Part shown: one piece after another, positions 26,181 through 39,764 of the stretch
Position numbering within the stretch: position 1 is the stretch's first letter
Layout of the letters: every line of letters starts with the position of its first letter
Origin: Lama guanicoe
Lineage: Eukaryota
Length of the DNA: 64,000 bases
Reading direction: 5' to 3'
Assembly (NCBI GenBank): GCA_013239625.1
Contig: MU053379.1
Span: 504,490 to 568,489, forward strand
Notes under the pieces: model-generated
Databases searched by the model: none
What the model saw: the letters and a program-made list of their open reading frames with translations, nothing else
Told to the model about the DNA's origin: nothing
Position numbers and translations under genes: made by a program

Positions 26181-26308
26181 GGGGAGGGTATTGCTCAGTG
26201 GTACAGCACATGCCTAGCATGCATGAGGTCCTGGGTTCAATCCCCAGTATTTCCATTAAAAAATGAATAAATAAATAAACATGGTTATCTCCTTCCCAAA
26301 AAGACAAC
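26181..26308 (+). mobile_element. tRNA-derived SINE (camelid vic-1-like)
   Basis: ggggagggtattgctcagtggta (A box) ... ggttcaatcccc (B box), aataaataaa tail; flanking direct repeat agagagccaag (26159-26169 / 26309-26319). Confidence 0.88.
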
Positions 26309-26490
26309 AGAGAGCCAAGGAGAAGACGACATCTGACTCTGTTCCACATTTCTTGGCCTGAGAAGCCAAGCCCTTTACAAAGGCTCAGGAGAATTTCCCA
26401 CTTGGTGTTATTTCTTCTGCTGATCTGTGGCCTTTGGGATCCAGAACAAGTGAACTCTCTGCCCCTCAGTTAAAACTCCTATCTTCTCCA

Positions 26491-26990
26491 TTGTTTTGGT
26501 CATTAACTGCAGAACAAACCACCCCAAAATTGAGCAGCTTAAAACAACCACCATGGTGCTCTCTCTCACAATTCTGTGGGTTGACAGGCTCAGCTGGACA
26601 GTTCTGCTGGTGGTCTCTCTGGAGTCTCTCATGCAGTTGGGGTCAGAAGGCAGCTGGTCTGGTGTTATCTGGAGTCTCGATTGTGTGCTGGAGTGGCTCA
26701 ACCTCCCTCTCACTCCAGGAATCCCAGGGCTCCTCCTCTCCACATGGTCTCCCCAGCAAAGCGGCTGGATTTCTTACAGGGGCTCCCAAGGATGCTCGTA
26801 GGTATCCTAAGAGACAAGAAGCAGAGGCTGCCAGTCCTCTTAAAGGCTGGACTCGGAATGGGCAAGCATTGCTTTGCCACTTCTACTGGGTAAACAGTCT
26901 CAGAACCAGACTCCAGGAGAGGAGAAGTAGGTCTTGCATCCTGGTGCGGAGAGAAACGAAGGATCTGTGGCTATCTTGAAATCAACACAT
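26491..26990 (-). mobile_element. MaLR (MLT1H/I-like) solo LTR
   Basis: aacaaaccaccccaaaattgagcagcttaaaacaacca ... tcacaattctgtgggttgacaggctcagctgg. Confidence 0.75.
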
Positions 26991-28479
26991 ACTTATTCAG
27001 TATGATAACTGAAGGAAAGAAGGGCAGCTAAGCTGTCCTCCAAGCTCACTGCTGAACGGCACAGCTGGGCGAAGAGCAGCCTCCCACACAAGGGCCGGCC
27101 CAGACGCAGCCTTTCCCCGTGTGACAGGGCATCTCTGATGTTCCTCTACTGTCCTGTTGGCAGACGCAGCCCCAGCCCACTCTTGTGAAAGCGGAGAGAA
27201 CAGATGGACCGCCAATGGGAGACTCACATTGTCACATTGTCACATTGTAGACGACCATATGGAATGGGAAATACTGATCCACCATCTTTCAAAAATACAA
27301 TCCATCCGTTGAGGCTACTCCCCATTGACCTATGTCAGTAGAGGGAGGTGCAAGGGCGAGCTCTCTTGGGACAATGGAAGGAACTGGGCTTAGGACCAGG
27401 GTCCAGAGATGTTACACATCTCAGACTCAACACTGTGACTAGGAGTACGGACATGGAGCCCCTTGCTAATTCTTTGAGGTCTCCAGAACTGCCAGAGATC
27501 CCTGAGAATTTGAACTATTGTAGATTAGACTTTCAAACCAATGACAGGACACTAATGGTTTGCAACAAAACTATAACCAAGAATTTGTCATTGGGGCACC
27601 ACGTTGCACTATGATGGGCTGGTAATGAGTCAGTGCCCCCTGTAGACGGTGAGCCTTAGTTGGTGGTACAGCTCATGCTCTGTGTCTAAACTGCCTGTTT
27701 TTCCAGGACCTACACAGCACCTGGCATTCGTTGCTGAAAATAAACCAACAAATGAAAATAAGAATGAGTACATTAGCGATACAAGAATTAAAAAATAAAT
27801 AAGCTGATTAAGAAGACATTCAGTACATTCTGCCTCGAAACATAATCAAATATACAAAAATATTGAAACACTATTTAATTACCAGTTTATTATATTCATG
27901 GTTTAGTTCATTATTATTTTTTATTTTTTCTGAATCATATCTGTCATCTTAGTCTACCTAGAAATAATCTTTCCTTCCTGAGACCAAAGTCTGTGTCTAT
28001 TCTAACTTAGCAGTCTTCCCCTTAATCTAATTAAAGATCCTTTATTTTAATTAGGCTAAATTTATCTTGTTTTAATTCTAATTTCCTTCTGGTCTCCAAT
28101 TATCTCTTTGCTTCAATATTTTTCCCTTCACAGAGAAGAGCCTTTTCTATCTCTTAGAAAATTCCTCTCCTAAATCACTTGCACTATCAGAACATGAAGC
28201 CATGTTTCAAAAATTGACTCCCTGTTAGAAAAAAATGTATTCCGTGTGTGCACATGTCTTTTCTTTTAAACTTACCTATATGTTACAAAATGTTTTGCCT
28301 AACAATGAGTTCACAAAATTTAACCAACTTCAACAAATATATACAAGTCAATTTCAACACAACATTCTAAAACCAAGTCGATTTTTCAAATGCTTCTGCT
28401 CTTCTGAGCTACCCACGTAAGTCCAGTGATGTGGTGGATGATGGTACTAATGATGATAAGAAATGTCACTTATTTACTA

Positions 28480-28680
28480 CAAGGGAAACATTTCAGTGAA
28501 TTGGCTCCAACCTTGAAAAGTGCTTTGCAAGGTACATAATATTCCCATTTCAAAGATGAGGAAGTTGAGGCTCAGAGAATTATGTCACTTGGCCAAAGCC
28601 ACACAAATATTACAGCGTCTGAGCCCGGAACGGAACTAGATCTGTTGGTCTCATGGCCTGTGCTCATCCCAGCTCCACCT
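28480..28680 (-). mobile_element. MIR SINE
   Basis: cccatttcaaagatgaggaagttgaggctcagaga...tcacttggccaaagccacaca core. Confidence 0.75.
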
Positions 28681-30081
28681 CACAGCCTACATTACCATCT
28701 CTGAATCAAGGGCCCAGAACAAGGGTCTGCAACTTTAAAAATATTAGCCTTTAATATTTAATATTCCTGACCCCTGTCCTCCTGCGGTTCTAGGAAGGAG
28801 GTGGGAGGGGAAGGAGGAGGGTAGTGGGTGGGAGGTGACTGGCTATACTCTCCCAAGCTATAGAAAGTGGCCTGATGACAGCAGTTGCTTCAGATGCCAA
28901 AATATTAGCAAAATGGTGACTCCTAGGTCAGAAATTACGTCTGTAACCAGAAACAAAAAAGAAAATTTCTTTCTAGGACTATACATCCTGAAACAAGTTC
29001 TTTTTTGCAAGACAAAGCCCTAATGTGGTCTGGCCTTAGTGTGCACACAGTGAAGATGACACCTAAGAAGGACTTAATGACCCTTCTGGCTTTTAAATAT
29101 TACAACTCAATAGAATCATTAATGCCACTGGAATAAGCAGACCACGCTGTTCCTGCCCTCACCAGTTTGAGAAGAAAGCAAACACAGAGAGGCCAAGCAC
29201 CTTGCCTGAAGTCGAACAGCTAGTTGGTAGTCAGATCTTTGGCTCCAAAACGTACACGCATAACCATTACACTAAGAAGGGCAGGAATGCAGCTGATTTC
29301 TCAGAGGGCTGGATGCTCTGATGTCACTGCGGCCATGATTAGATGGCTCTGCAGACCTGGATGAGAGCTTTTCAACTTGCCTTTTGAAGTTCCATCCAGT
29401 GCTTTCTGAGGTCCACGTGCTGATGGAACCCAGCGGTGCTCGTGGACCATAATTCTACTGTTGCAACGACGCTTGGGCAACAAAACAGGCCACAGCCAGA
29501 AAGCGCGGGGCTCCTGCTGGGAAGCTCTCGGCTCGGGCTCCCTGGAAAGCCTTCTCGAGCATCAGCCCCCACCGGAACACCTCGCGGGAAACCATCTGCC
29601 CTTTGCCTAATGGCTCTTCTGTCCGAGCCGTGTTCCTCTTGTTAGTTCCATGCCAGGGAACGCTCCCCTAATCCACTGCTGTCTGGGCCTTGTTAAATAA
29701 TAATCACTTTTCCTCCCCAGGGCTGGTTTCATTTCAGAAGAAATGCCAGTTGATGCTTTAGAAATGTCAGGATTTCCACAAATCTCTTTAGATCACTGCT
29801 CTGATGCGCTGGCCGTCTTGGGGCCACTAAGCTGGCATCTATGTCAGAAGTGTCATCCTGGGGCCCCAAACTCTAATTGGCTTTACTCCTCTGCTGCCTC
29901 TGGCGGCAGCTGGCTTTCCACATGGGCAGGGCAGCGCAGCACTCTCCCCCGGGGAGGCAAACGCCAGGCTGCAGCCAGACGCTCACCTCCTCTCACAAGG
30001 AGGGCGCCTTCTTGAGCAGCTTTCCTGGGGAAACAGTGGCAGGGGTTAACCGTTCATTCCTGTGCTGTTGTCTTTTCACAG

Positions 30082-30119
30082 GGATTGACTATCTCCACCC
30101 AGACCTGGCCTCCAACTAT
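30082..30119 (+). CDS. PCSK2: PCSK2 coding exon (exon 5 equivalent), 38 bp: (G)IDYLHPDLASNY
   Basis: tcttttcacag acceptor and gtaagt donor. Completes the Gly codon split from the previous exon (G+GG); the sequence matches PC2. Confidence 0.97.
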
Positions 30120-32514
30120 GTAAGTACGAGCTGCGCTGTGGGGGCACACACATGGGTCTTAAGTGTTCTTGTGCCCCTTAGTGGGAACACACACGCACAC
30201 ACGTGCTTGGATGCACATAGGCCATGCACACGGGCGTGCCTGCACACACACACACTCCAGACTGCCCGTCTTATCAGAGTCACAGCTCAGGCCAAAGACA
30301 GACAGACAGACGGACAAGGCATGGGGCCTGGCGGCAGCCAATGGTAAACAGCTTCACAAGGAGAAAAGAAGGAAACTTGAGGCCTGAAAGAACAAAGAGC
30401 CAAGAAAAAAGATGCAGGGATCAGGGAGAGAGAGCCTCAGCAAGTCTTAAAATCAACTCTAGCTAAGGATATTGAATGGAGGGGGGAAATGAGCCATTTG
30501 GGTTCTTGCTGGACAAAACCGATGGCCAGAAGCCAAAAAGGGCAGCAACTCACCCTGCATCTGTAGCTTTATTTCTGTGCTTATGAGCACTGCATATGCA
30601 CGTGAGCTTTACTTTGTGCATATGAGCACTGGCGCCCCCCCACCACGACCCTGAGTGCAGTGCTTACTATCCCCTGACAAATGAGAAATATTAACAAGAA
30701 ATCACAGTCAGTGCTGCTGGGCAAGAACCACGTGTTCTAACTTTCGACCCAGCAAGTCACTTGCTGACTTCCTGATAAAATCTGCAAACCCTGTAGACAT
30801 AAGTGATTGCTTAATTTTAACCCCAGGGAGTATACTCTTCAAACATTGGTGCAGTCACTTAAAATTACCCAAATTCTTACTAAGCTGTATTTCTCCTGTA
30901 ACTTCCAGATGTAAGTATTTTTAATGTTATTTTAATTTTGCTGAAAAGACTCCTGTTTAAGAGAATATGGACTTAAATAGAGGTTAACAAGCAGAAGTGT
31001 TTGGGGATCAAATTCTGGGCCATTCTTCCCAGAAAGGATGAATGTTCACACTGCAAAAAGAGAGTGGAGATTTTCCATGTGTTTGGTGGACTGGAACTCA
31101 GGAGACAAAGCAGCGATGTGCTCAGTTTCCATTTACGGGATGGGTCTGTAGATTAGCAGTTCCCTTCAAATCTGCAATATCAGAACATACCTGAAGACTC
31201 TATGAGATCTTTGAGTGTCGTGTTATTTTTTCCTTTTATTCCCCTTTGTTTCTTTCCAAAAAACATTTTTTCTAATTAAAAAATAAATACATGTTCTCTA
31301 TAGAAAATGTGGAAAAGCATAAAACAGATTAAAAACTAGCCATATCACCATTCTTAGTATTTTGACATATATTGAACTTCATTTCTATGTGTGTATTTTT
31401 AATAAAATTGGGCTCTCGTTGCATACACAGTATTCCCTCTTCCACATAATACATCATAAACATTTTTATGATATTAAATAATCTTCAAATAATGATTATA
31501 AGGGCTATATAGCATTGCCTTACGCTGTAATTTATTTAAACTTTCCAATCCCCAATTGTTGGGCAACTTGGTTGCTTCCAATGAGTGTCTCACTCTCAGA
31601 GGGAGAGTGACACAGTGACCAGGGTGGTGGAAGGACTCCAACCACAACCTGCTAAGGAGAGCAGAAAGAACTGGGGGAAACATAACTTAAGAAGCACATT
31701 AAATCCGTTTTCAAATATTTCATGTTCTCTATGATGGATGAGGGATTCAACTTGTTCAATAAAAATTTCAACCAGGAAGATTCCCACCAATGGGTGACAA
31801 CTGCAGGAGAAAGATTTTAGTTCAGTTAAAGGAAGAACTGTCTAATTATTGAGGAATAAGTAAAAAGAATTAGCTCTCTCAGGAAGTAATAAGCTCTCCT
31901 TCTCTGAAAATATTTGTGAGCAGTTGGTGGCCATTTGGTGGGGATGTTGAGGAGATGACTTAAACTAGATGACATTAAAGAACTGAACAGAAAATGTGTG
32001 TTCTGTACAAAACTGCACTTTTTCATAAACTTCCATGCAGAGGAAGGTCCCAGCCTTCAGCATTTATCAAAACCCTTGGAATCTTATAAAGAGATCCTAT
32101 CTAATTATATATGGTTGTGGAAATGTCCTGTGTTTTCTGTATAGGTGAGAAATCTGAACATCCAAATATCGCGACCTTAATTCCTCAGCAGAGGACCTAA
32201 ACCAGCTAGTTTTCACCAGTCACAGTGTCTCCCTCACTCTGTGTAGAGTTGAGGGTGACAACTCTGAAGCTTCTAACCAAATGTGTCTTCTTTATTTTTA
32301 ATTAAAATATTTTACACTATAATTAATAGAATGAGGGTGGCAAGTGGAGTAGACCTGCCCAGAAGAGCAATGAAATCAGTGGATGGTGGTAAACTCGAAA
32401 ATTGTTTGAGGAAAGGATTGACAGGCAGCTCCCCACCTTGTTAGGTGACTTAATAGCTTGGATGTGATGAGCGAGCCCGGTGCCCTTCTACTGAAATGTC
32501 CTTTGGGGAGGTCC

Positions 32515-32960
32515 GTGTATGGGTTCCCCCAGGAGCAGACCCCGAGACGAGGGTTTGAGGGATAGCAATTTTCTGGGGAAGTGATGTTAGGAAATAAAGT
32601 TAGAAGAAGGGAGAAGGAGACAGGGAAGGGAAGGCAGCCAGTAAGTGGTACATTTCAAGAAAGTCGCCATGGTGAGTGGCTGGAACTTAATCCCACTGAG
32701 GCATCTGGGCGATGGTATAGAAGATGTGCATCAGAGTTACCCCAGGATGAGATACAGGGAAGCTGGGGTACTTGTACAGCTGGTGGAGGGCTGGTCCCAG
32801 GGGATGTTAACACCCCAGCACCTCTCACTTTCCCACAGTCTGGGGGAAAGCCCTCAGCAAAGAGAAGCCTCAGGTAGAGGCAGCTGGAGCTCACCAGGGA
32901 CATGGGGATGACAAGCAGAGGCATAAGGACCAGGTCTTGGAAACACCTGCCACAGAGAGG
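32515..32960 (-). mobile_element. ERVL-class solo LTR (LTR16/LTR33-like)
   Basis: gggttcccccaggagcagaccccgagacgagggtttgag start. Confidence 0.6.
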
Positions 32961-34834
32961 ATGACTTGGAAATTTTTTAAAAGTTAAAGTGAACAGAACT
33001 GTGCTCACTGAGCAGTGAAAACCCTATCGGGGGTTCTTAGACAAATGTGACAAAAATTTCTTTATAATCAAACCAGGCAAAATGTTTCCCAAAGCAGAAT
33101 TACCTTCAAAGCTTGTTTATTCTGTATATTGAAAGAGAAGACTCAAAGCAGGCTGGTCATCCAGGTTCTTTCTTTTGAAACTGAGAATTTAAATCCTCTG
33201 AAAACAGCAAATCAATATATAAATGTAACTCATTAGTGTTCATTTAATGCAACAAATCTACACTGAATCTGTTGAGTGTTCAGAGCAAAGATAACAATGG
33301 CCACTTTGATTGTTCTCTGGCCATCGATTGTTCTATGATTGAATTTAATCTGAGGGATCCAATCTCACTGGAAGATGCTCACTATTCCAAATAAATAAAT
33401 TCTCCTTTCTTCGTCCCAGTGGTAGTAACATGAAATGAGTCTTGGCCAAGACACTATTATACACCAAGTCAGATCAGAGTTCCTTAACCCCGTCCTCTCC
33501 AGGCAAAGGGTCTAGGCATTTGCTCCAGTTCAATCAGACGGCCGTGCACTGGGCCGGCTGTGGGCCAGCCCCAGAGGAGAGGGAGGAACCAGACACAGGC
33601 ATTCTCCAGAGGAGCCTGAGGTCAGTCAGGACACAGGTGTGGGACGTGACTGACAGGTGCGGGGTGAGCAGGCAGGGAGGCTGTTGTCACTGTGCTACGT
33701 GCCCCCCACCCAGTGGGCCCGTGTTCACAGTACTGGTCCAAGCCCAGGGGTCCTTCCAGGCCGGCAGAATAGGAGGAGACTTCTCCAAAAACATGCAAGT
33801 GTGAGTCAGGTGGAAGCCCTCAGAGTGCAAGCTGTTGACTTGGGAGGAAATCACAGCAAGCGCCAGGCAGCTCTTCTGGCCTGGCCGCCACACACAGGAC
33901 AGGGTCAGCAGGGGGGCCCAGGCAGAAGAGCAGTGCTGACAGTTGGAAAGCGGCCAGCATGCTCAAGGGGCCCTGACGGTGCAGAAACTGAGTGACACCT
34001 GAGTGTGGCTCCGTCTCCCTAGCTCATAGCTGTGCGACCTTTAACCTATGAAACCTCCTTGAACTTAATCTCCTTGTTCATGAAATGGGCAAAAAGAACA
34101 TTGGGTGTGTGGGGAGGTATCACTGAGATGCCGTGTATATAGCACCTGGCAGAGAACAGATGCTCCTTGTCAAAGGAGTTGAGATTAAAGCTGGGCAGGG
34201 AGGCAACCTGTCCCAGTGGAGAAGCAGGGACGTCCCTCCAGAAAGTGGTGCAATTTCTCCATGTACTCCCCATGAGCTTGGCATTATTAAAAGAGGAAAA
34301 AGGGCACCTCTAGTTTAAGTGTAAGAGGTTAGGAAAGCAGTGGGTGAAAGGTGGAGGTAATCAAAGTAAACTCAAAGATTTATGTGAAAAATAAGACTGA
34401 TTTGAAAAAGAACCTCCAAGCAAACAGAAGAAACAGAGAGAGAGAGGACCCGTGGCTCACAGCCAGGGATGGAGGGACGAAGGGGGCCCAGAGAATGTCC
34501 GGTCTGCTCTCTTCTGCCATAGATCTCTGAACTCAGAGGATACTCGTGGGTAGAGAGATGACCTCTCCTGAGGCTTAAGGGGGTCCAGGCTTCTGCCCTG
34601 ATGCAGGGAGTACTGGTCACTCCCCATACGCGGGCCTCCACCATTCAGCTTTGAAACTGTGGGCCACCCTCTGAGCAGCTCCAAGAGCCTGTGCTGGGAG
34701 TCTGTGCAGATTCACGTGCTCCTCCTGAAGTTTCTCCACAAGTTCTGGAATGCAGCAAGTGCGGAAGATTGCATGGACTCCAACTCCTCATTCTTCTTGA
34801 GACTCGAGCTTCTGCTACAGACGGGGCTTTGCAG

Positions 34835-35340
34835 AAGCCCTTCTACAGGGTGAAGTGTGTTTCCCACCCTTTGACTTTGGGTCTGGCCTTGTGACTTTTT
34901 TAAAGCAATAGAACAGAAGTGTCAGCATGCCAGCTTGAAAGCCTTAAGAGGCTTTGCGGGATCCCGCATGCCCTCCAACGCTCCTACCATCACTGTTAGA
35001 AGAGCATGCCTGGGCGAGGGCGCTGGACCCAGGAGGAGGATGAGAGACTTGGGGAGAAGTGCTACCCCAGCTGCCAAAGCCTGAAGCACAGCCGCTCAAT
35101 CTGACCTACGGAATTTCAGCAAGAAGCAGAGCTGCCCAGCCGAGCCCCGCCAAGATCGGCTGAACCCCAGCCAATGCCCAGAAGCAAGGAAGCCCAGCCA
35201 AGATCCGCAGAGCTGCCCACCTGCACGCGGTCTGGGTCATCTAACTCCCAGTAGAACTGCAGACTCGTAAGTGATGTAAATGCTTATTGTTACATGCCAC
35301 TGACATAGTATGACTGTTTTTATATGGCAACTGTTACAAT
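34835..35340 (+). mobile_element. MaLR (MLT1G/H-like) solo LTR
   Basis: ccacccttgactttgggtctggccttgtgact ... aaatgcttattgttacatgccactga. Confidence 0.75.
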
Positions 35341-38319
35341 ATCCACCCTGGACCCTCTTCTGGGTCCTCTCACAGTAATTGGTGCCCAACCCCACCAACA
35401 GAGAATATAGATTTCTCTGGCCCCACCCCAGACCTACTGAAACAAAATCTGTAGCAATCAGCCTCATAAGATGTAGCGCTCTGAAAACATTCCCAGGTGT
35501 GGATGATTGACCTTGTCATTCATTCTGGCCCTTTCTCAATCATTTGTTCAAGCCTTCATTTATTTATTCCTCTAAAATGTAGAACTTGATCACAAAGTGA
35601 TGACAAGCTCTTTGTAGGGACGGCATCCTTTTAAACCTTTGTGTCCTCCATAACATTTAGCACAGTGCTGAGCAGGCATTTCAGAAGCATTTGTTAAATT
35701 GCATTGAATATTAATTAATCATTTATACTTTTGCAAATGAAATCAGGAGCTAAATCCTATGATGAGCTTCTCTCAGTGATGATGGGAAACTCTAGCTTTC
35801 AGAATCCTCTGAGTCTTAGTTCTCAGCTACCGCACAGGTGTATGCCCCGACTCCGTTCCCCACAATGAATATCACTGGTGAGGAGAAGAAAGAACGCAAG
35901 GGCCGTGGAACTAAATGCGGTCCCCATGGCTGAAGGCCTGAAGGGAATATGACTCTTAGTGTGGAAAGTCCACCTACAGGTAACCAAGAGCTGTTTCTTT
36001 CCTGTAATGTCTAGAACTCCTCAGGTTGGTGGGGATGAAATTAAGCTCCCAGACGGGAGAAGATGAATTATGCTCTTTGGTTCAGTTCAAAATTTGGAAC
36101 ATTATTTATGCTCCAGGGTTGTTCTTTCACCAACAGAAGTTCTTGCAAAAGAAAAAGCCTACCCCCAAGGGCCCGCACTTTTCCATTCTCTTGATGGGTT
36201 CCTGACTGGTGGCTGGCTTTGAAGAGGGGCCTTTGGAGTGCTCTGAGGGCTGTCAGTGCAGAGCCTGAAGCCAGTGCCTTTGAGCTCAGCAGCCGTGTGC
36301 ACACCGGGGCCCAAGTGGCAGGTGGCCGCCATGATGAAAGGGTGCCTGCTGGAGACGGGCCAGGCCTCAGCCCTGAGTGACTCAGCGATGCTATGAAGTA
36401 TTGATTGCATGCATCGCTCCAGGCTTTTAGGCTGATTAATATTTAAGTAAGCACATTAATATTGCATATGAAATTGAGGTTTAAACAGCCTTTGTGTCTT
36501 GTTGAAAGGAGGAGCTGGCTTTTTCTGATGTACCCATTAATGCTGGCCCGGTCACAGTGAGCACTTGATCACCATGAGGCTGACTGAATATTGGGGATAA
36601 GACCTTTATTTCAGTCATTTGGACAGACTGTCAGTCAAATGACTGTGGTCTGACTCAATCCACGTACTAGAGGGATCTGTCCATTTCTACAGGGATGTAC
36701 TTTGACACAGAAATGGGAGAAAACAGAATCTCGATTCACTGAGATGAAGCTACTCATTTGGACCTAGACTTAGAACTACAGGTGAAAGGAAAGGCGAAAC
36801 ACTCTAGTTAATTGACTTTTGCACATTGCTCGATTGACTAGTTTTTGTTCCACTGAAACTAGTCAGTAGTTAAGAAAACTGTATTGAGTTTCTTCTGTGT
36901 GCAAGATGCTGGGCTAGGGGCCTGGATTATCAGATGTGAAAAATCTCTGCTCTTGGGGAGTTCAGAGTTTAATGGGGGAGGCCCACAGATAAATATGTAA
37001 TTATTTCGTAACAGGCTCAGTGCTGCCCGGGAAGTAAACGCGGTCTGTGGCACACAGCAGCACGTACAAGCAAGCTGGCCTAAAAGTCAGGGACGGGGAG
37101 ATGCTTAAATGCATTTAAAGAATGTTTTCTTGGACGATACAGCATAGGAACTCATCTAGAAGCTTGATCTGTATGATACTGAACAAAGGATCGTTGGATT
37201 GCAATTGGTTTTTCATCTGGAGACTTGCTTCTACCAAGAAGCCTAGACTAAAAGTAACCCATAAAATCACTTTCTTATCCTCAAATTCCCAAAAGGCCTG
37301 TGACAGAGTCTCATCTCTCCAACTAAATGTAGGTGACTTAAAGACCAAGATAATGTCTTCCAATTCTTTCACTCCTAAGAGACTCAGCTGAAGGCTTCAT
37401 TCCCCAAGGAGATCATTAATAGAAGTTCTTCTATAAATAGATGACTGGATTGTGGATGGAGGGATGCTTGGATGGGTGCATGGATGGAAGGATGTTAATG
37501 AAACTATTACGATTCTATTCTGCTATTTAAAAACATACCTATTCAGGAAAAGTATAGCAATATGATAAGCCACAAGAAAGTCATTTATGCAAACGTTAAA
37601 AAAATTTCCCCAACGCCTTTGTTTCTTTCTTTCTCTCTTCCTCACTATCAGTATATGTTCACTGAACTCCCAGGATATGAAAGGTTGCCTGGGTTTCCTA
37701 CTTTGAGTTTTCACATCAGAAAACCAAACACTCTTAGGAGACCACGCCTTGCTTAGAGCAGACCTTACAAATAATTAATGTGTCAATAACTTTTTGCTGC
37801 AGTTATGGGGTGACATCCATTTTTACTCACTCTCTCCCTTTCTTCATGTGCCTGTTTCCCAACTGTACTTCCATAAAGTCACAGCCCTGGCTGTCTGAGG
37901 TGGGCCTGCCAGGATTCCTGAACCCATATCACCCATCCAGAAGGAAAGAATGAGGTTAGGCCACAGCAGAGTGGGTGGTCTGCCACAACTGCCCAAGTCT
38001 TGCTGACAAGGCATGGAGCCCACATGATATTTCCACCGGAGCCTGGCCTACATGTGGTCATTGCCAGGGCAACTGTGGGTCAGATGGAGACCAGAGGTCT
38101 GGCCTATCCTCCAGTCCCAGTTTTTCAAAGCAGCAAACCAAGAAACAATGCCCAGGCCTCAATTAAAGAAGATTGGACCCTGAGCCATGGATTTCTGTAA
38201 TGTATGATACACTTTTGAAGTTGTGTCAAAGAATCATGAGGACCACATCTTTCATTTCAGTGAGATCCCATTCTTCCCTTTAAGATATCACAGTCATTTT
38301 TCCTTGAAGCTAAAGCCTT

Positions 38320-38935
38320 TGTGGCAGGTAGAATTCTAAAATGCCCCTGAGAGTCCCAACCCTCAGTGTAAGCATCCTGTCTAATCCCCTTCCCTCAAGT
38401 GTGGGCAGGACCTGTGAATATTATAGGATATCACTCCCATGATCAGACTGCACTATCTGGCAAATTAAAGGGACAGTCACCTGTAATTAAGGTTCCTAAT
38501 CAGCTGACTTTATGTAATTAAGGTTCTTATTCAGTTGACTTTAAGTTAATTGAAGAGGAGAGGATCCTGGATGGGCCTGACCCAATCAGATTAGCCCCTT
38601 TAAAAAGATGATCTACAGGTCAGAAAAGGAAGAAGGAAGAGAGACCTTCACCTGTTGGATTTGCGATGTAGAGAATGCATGTGTTAGGGAATGGTGGGCC
38701 TCAGTCTTACAACCACAAGGAACTGAATTCTGCCAACAACCAATGAACTCAAAAGAGGACCCCCCAGCCCTAGATGAGATTACAGCCCCCACTAACAGCT
38801 TGATTTTAACTAGATAATACTCTGAACAAAGGATTCGGGTAACCCATGACCAGAAACTCTGAGATAATAAATCTGTATCATTTTAAGTCACTAGGTTTGT
38901 GGAAATTTGCTCAACAGCATTTGAAAACTAATACA
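38320..38935 (+). mobile_element. MaLR solo LTR (MLT1E-like)
   Basis: tgtggcaggtagaattctaa start; gaaactctgagataataaat...ttttaagtcacta...gaaaactaataca end. Confidence 0.85.
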
Positions 38936-39764
38936 GGACTTTTGATTCTGCTACAACTGAGGAGCAGGAAATTTAGTGTGGGCCTTTTAGTGTGGACTAG
39001 ACTCCCTGAGTTCATCTCCCACCCCAACTATGGCTAACTATGTGACCCTGGGCAAGTTCATCTCTCTGTGCCCCATCTGTAAAATGGGTTAATAATAATA
39101 CTGATCTTATTGGTGGTTGTGATAAGTAGTGTACACAGGGCCTTAGAACTGCCCCTGGCACAGAGGACACCCTTTGTCCAAGAGCACATGTTACAAATTA
39201 AGCAACTTTCCCCAGGCCAGGAGGCTAGAACTCAGCAGAGGGAAAGAGCAAACCCCAAACCAGGTACTAACACCATAGTCAGACCCCAAAGTCCATGCTC
39301 TTAACCTCTTCCTCCCTTCCTGCCTTCAGGACACACAATGGACTCACAGAGAGCATTTCGAAAATGAACTTAAAAGGGGCAACTCGTGTGTTGGTCTAAT
39401 TGTTCATGTTTTCCCTCCACTTTCCTGTTATTGCAAAGCAAAACCAAGAGTTGATGAGGAATAGTCTCCTTTGCTTTGCTTTTTAATTCAACTCTAAGCC
39501 AGGTCCCAGATATTGTGAAATGCAACCCATCTACCCTACTGCCTGTTTGAGAGTCACATTAGCCCTGAAGGTCACCTTATAACTACATTCTGGTTAGCCG
39601 TTGGTGCTTAGACCTATGGAAAGCATGACATTTGTGTTTCCTCACTGTTACAAAAATAAAGTATGTATATATGTGTATGTATATAAACATACACATATAC
39701 ACAGTGTGTCAGAGAGAGATGGAGAAATTTGGTGCAGGAGATTATTGTTACTATTACTAATGAC

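Noticed and set aside
27224-27248. (tcacattg)x3 and similar short repeats (8524-8560, 52565-52608)
   Set aside because: Ordinary slippage-derived micro-repeats with no further structure.
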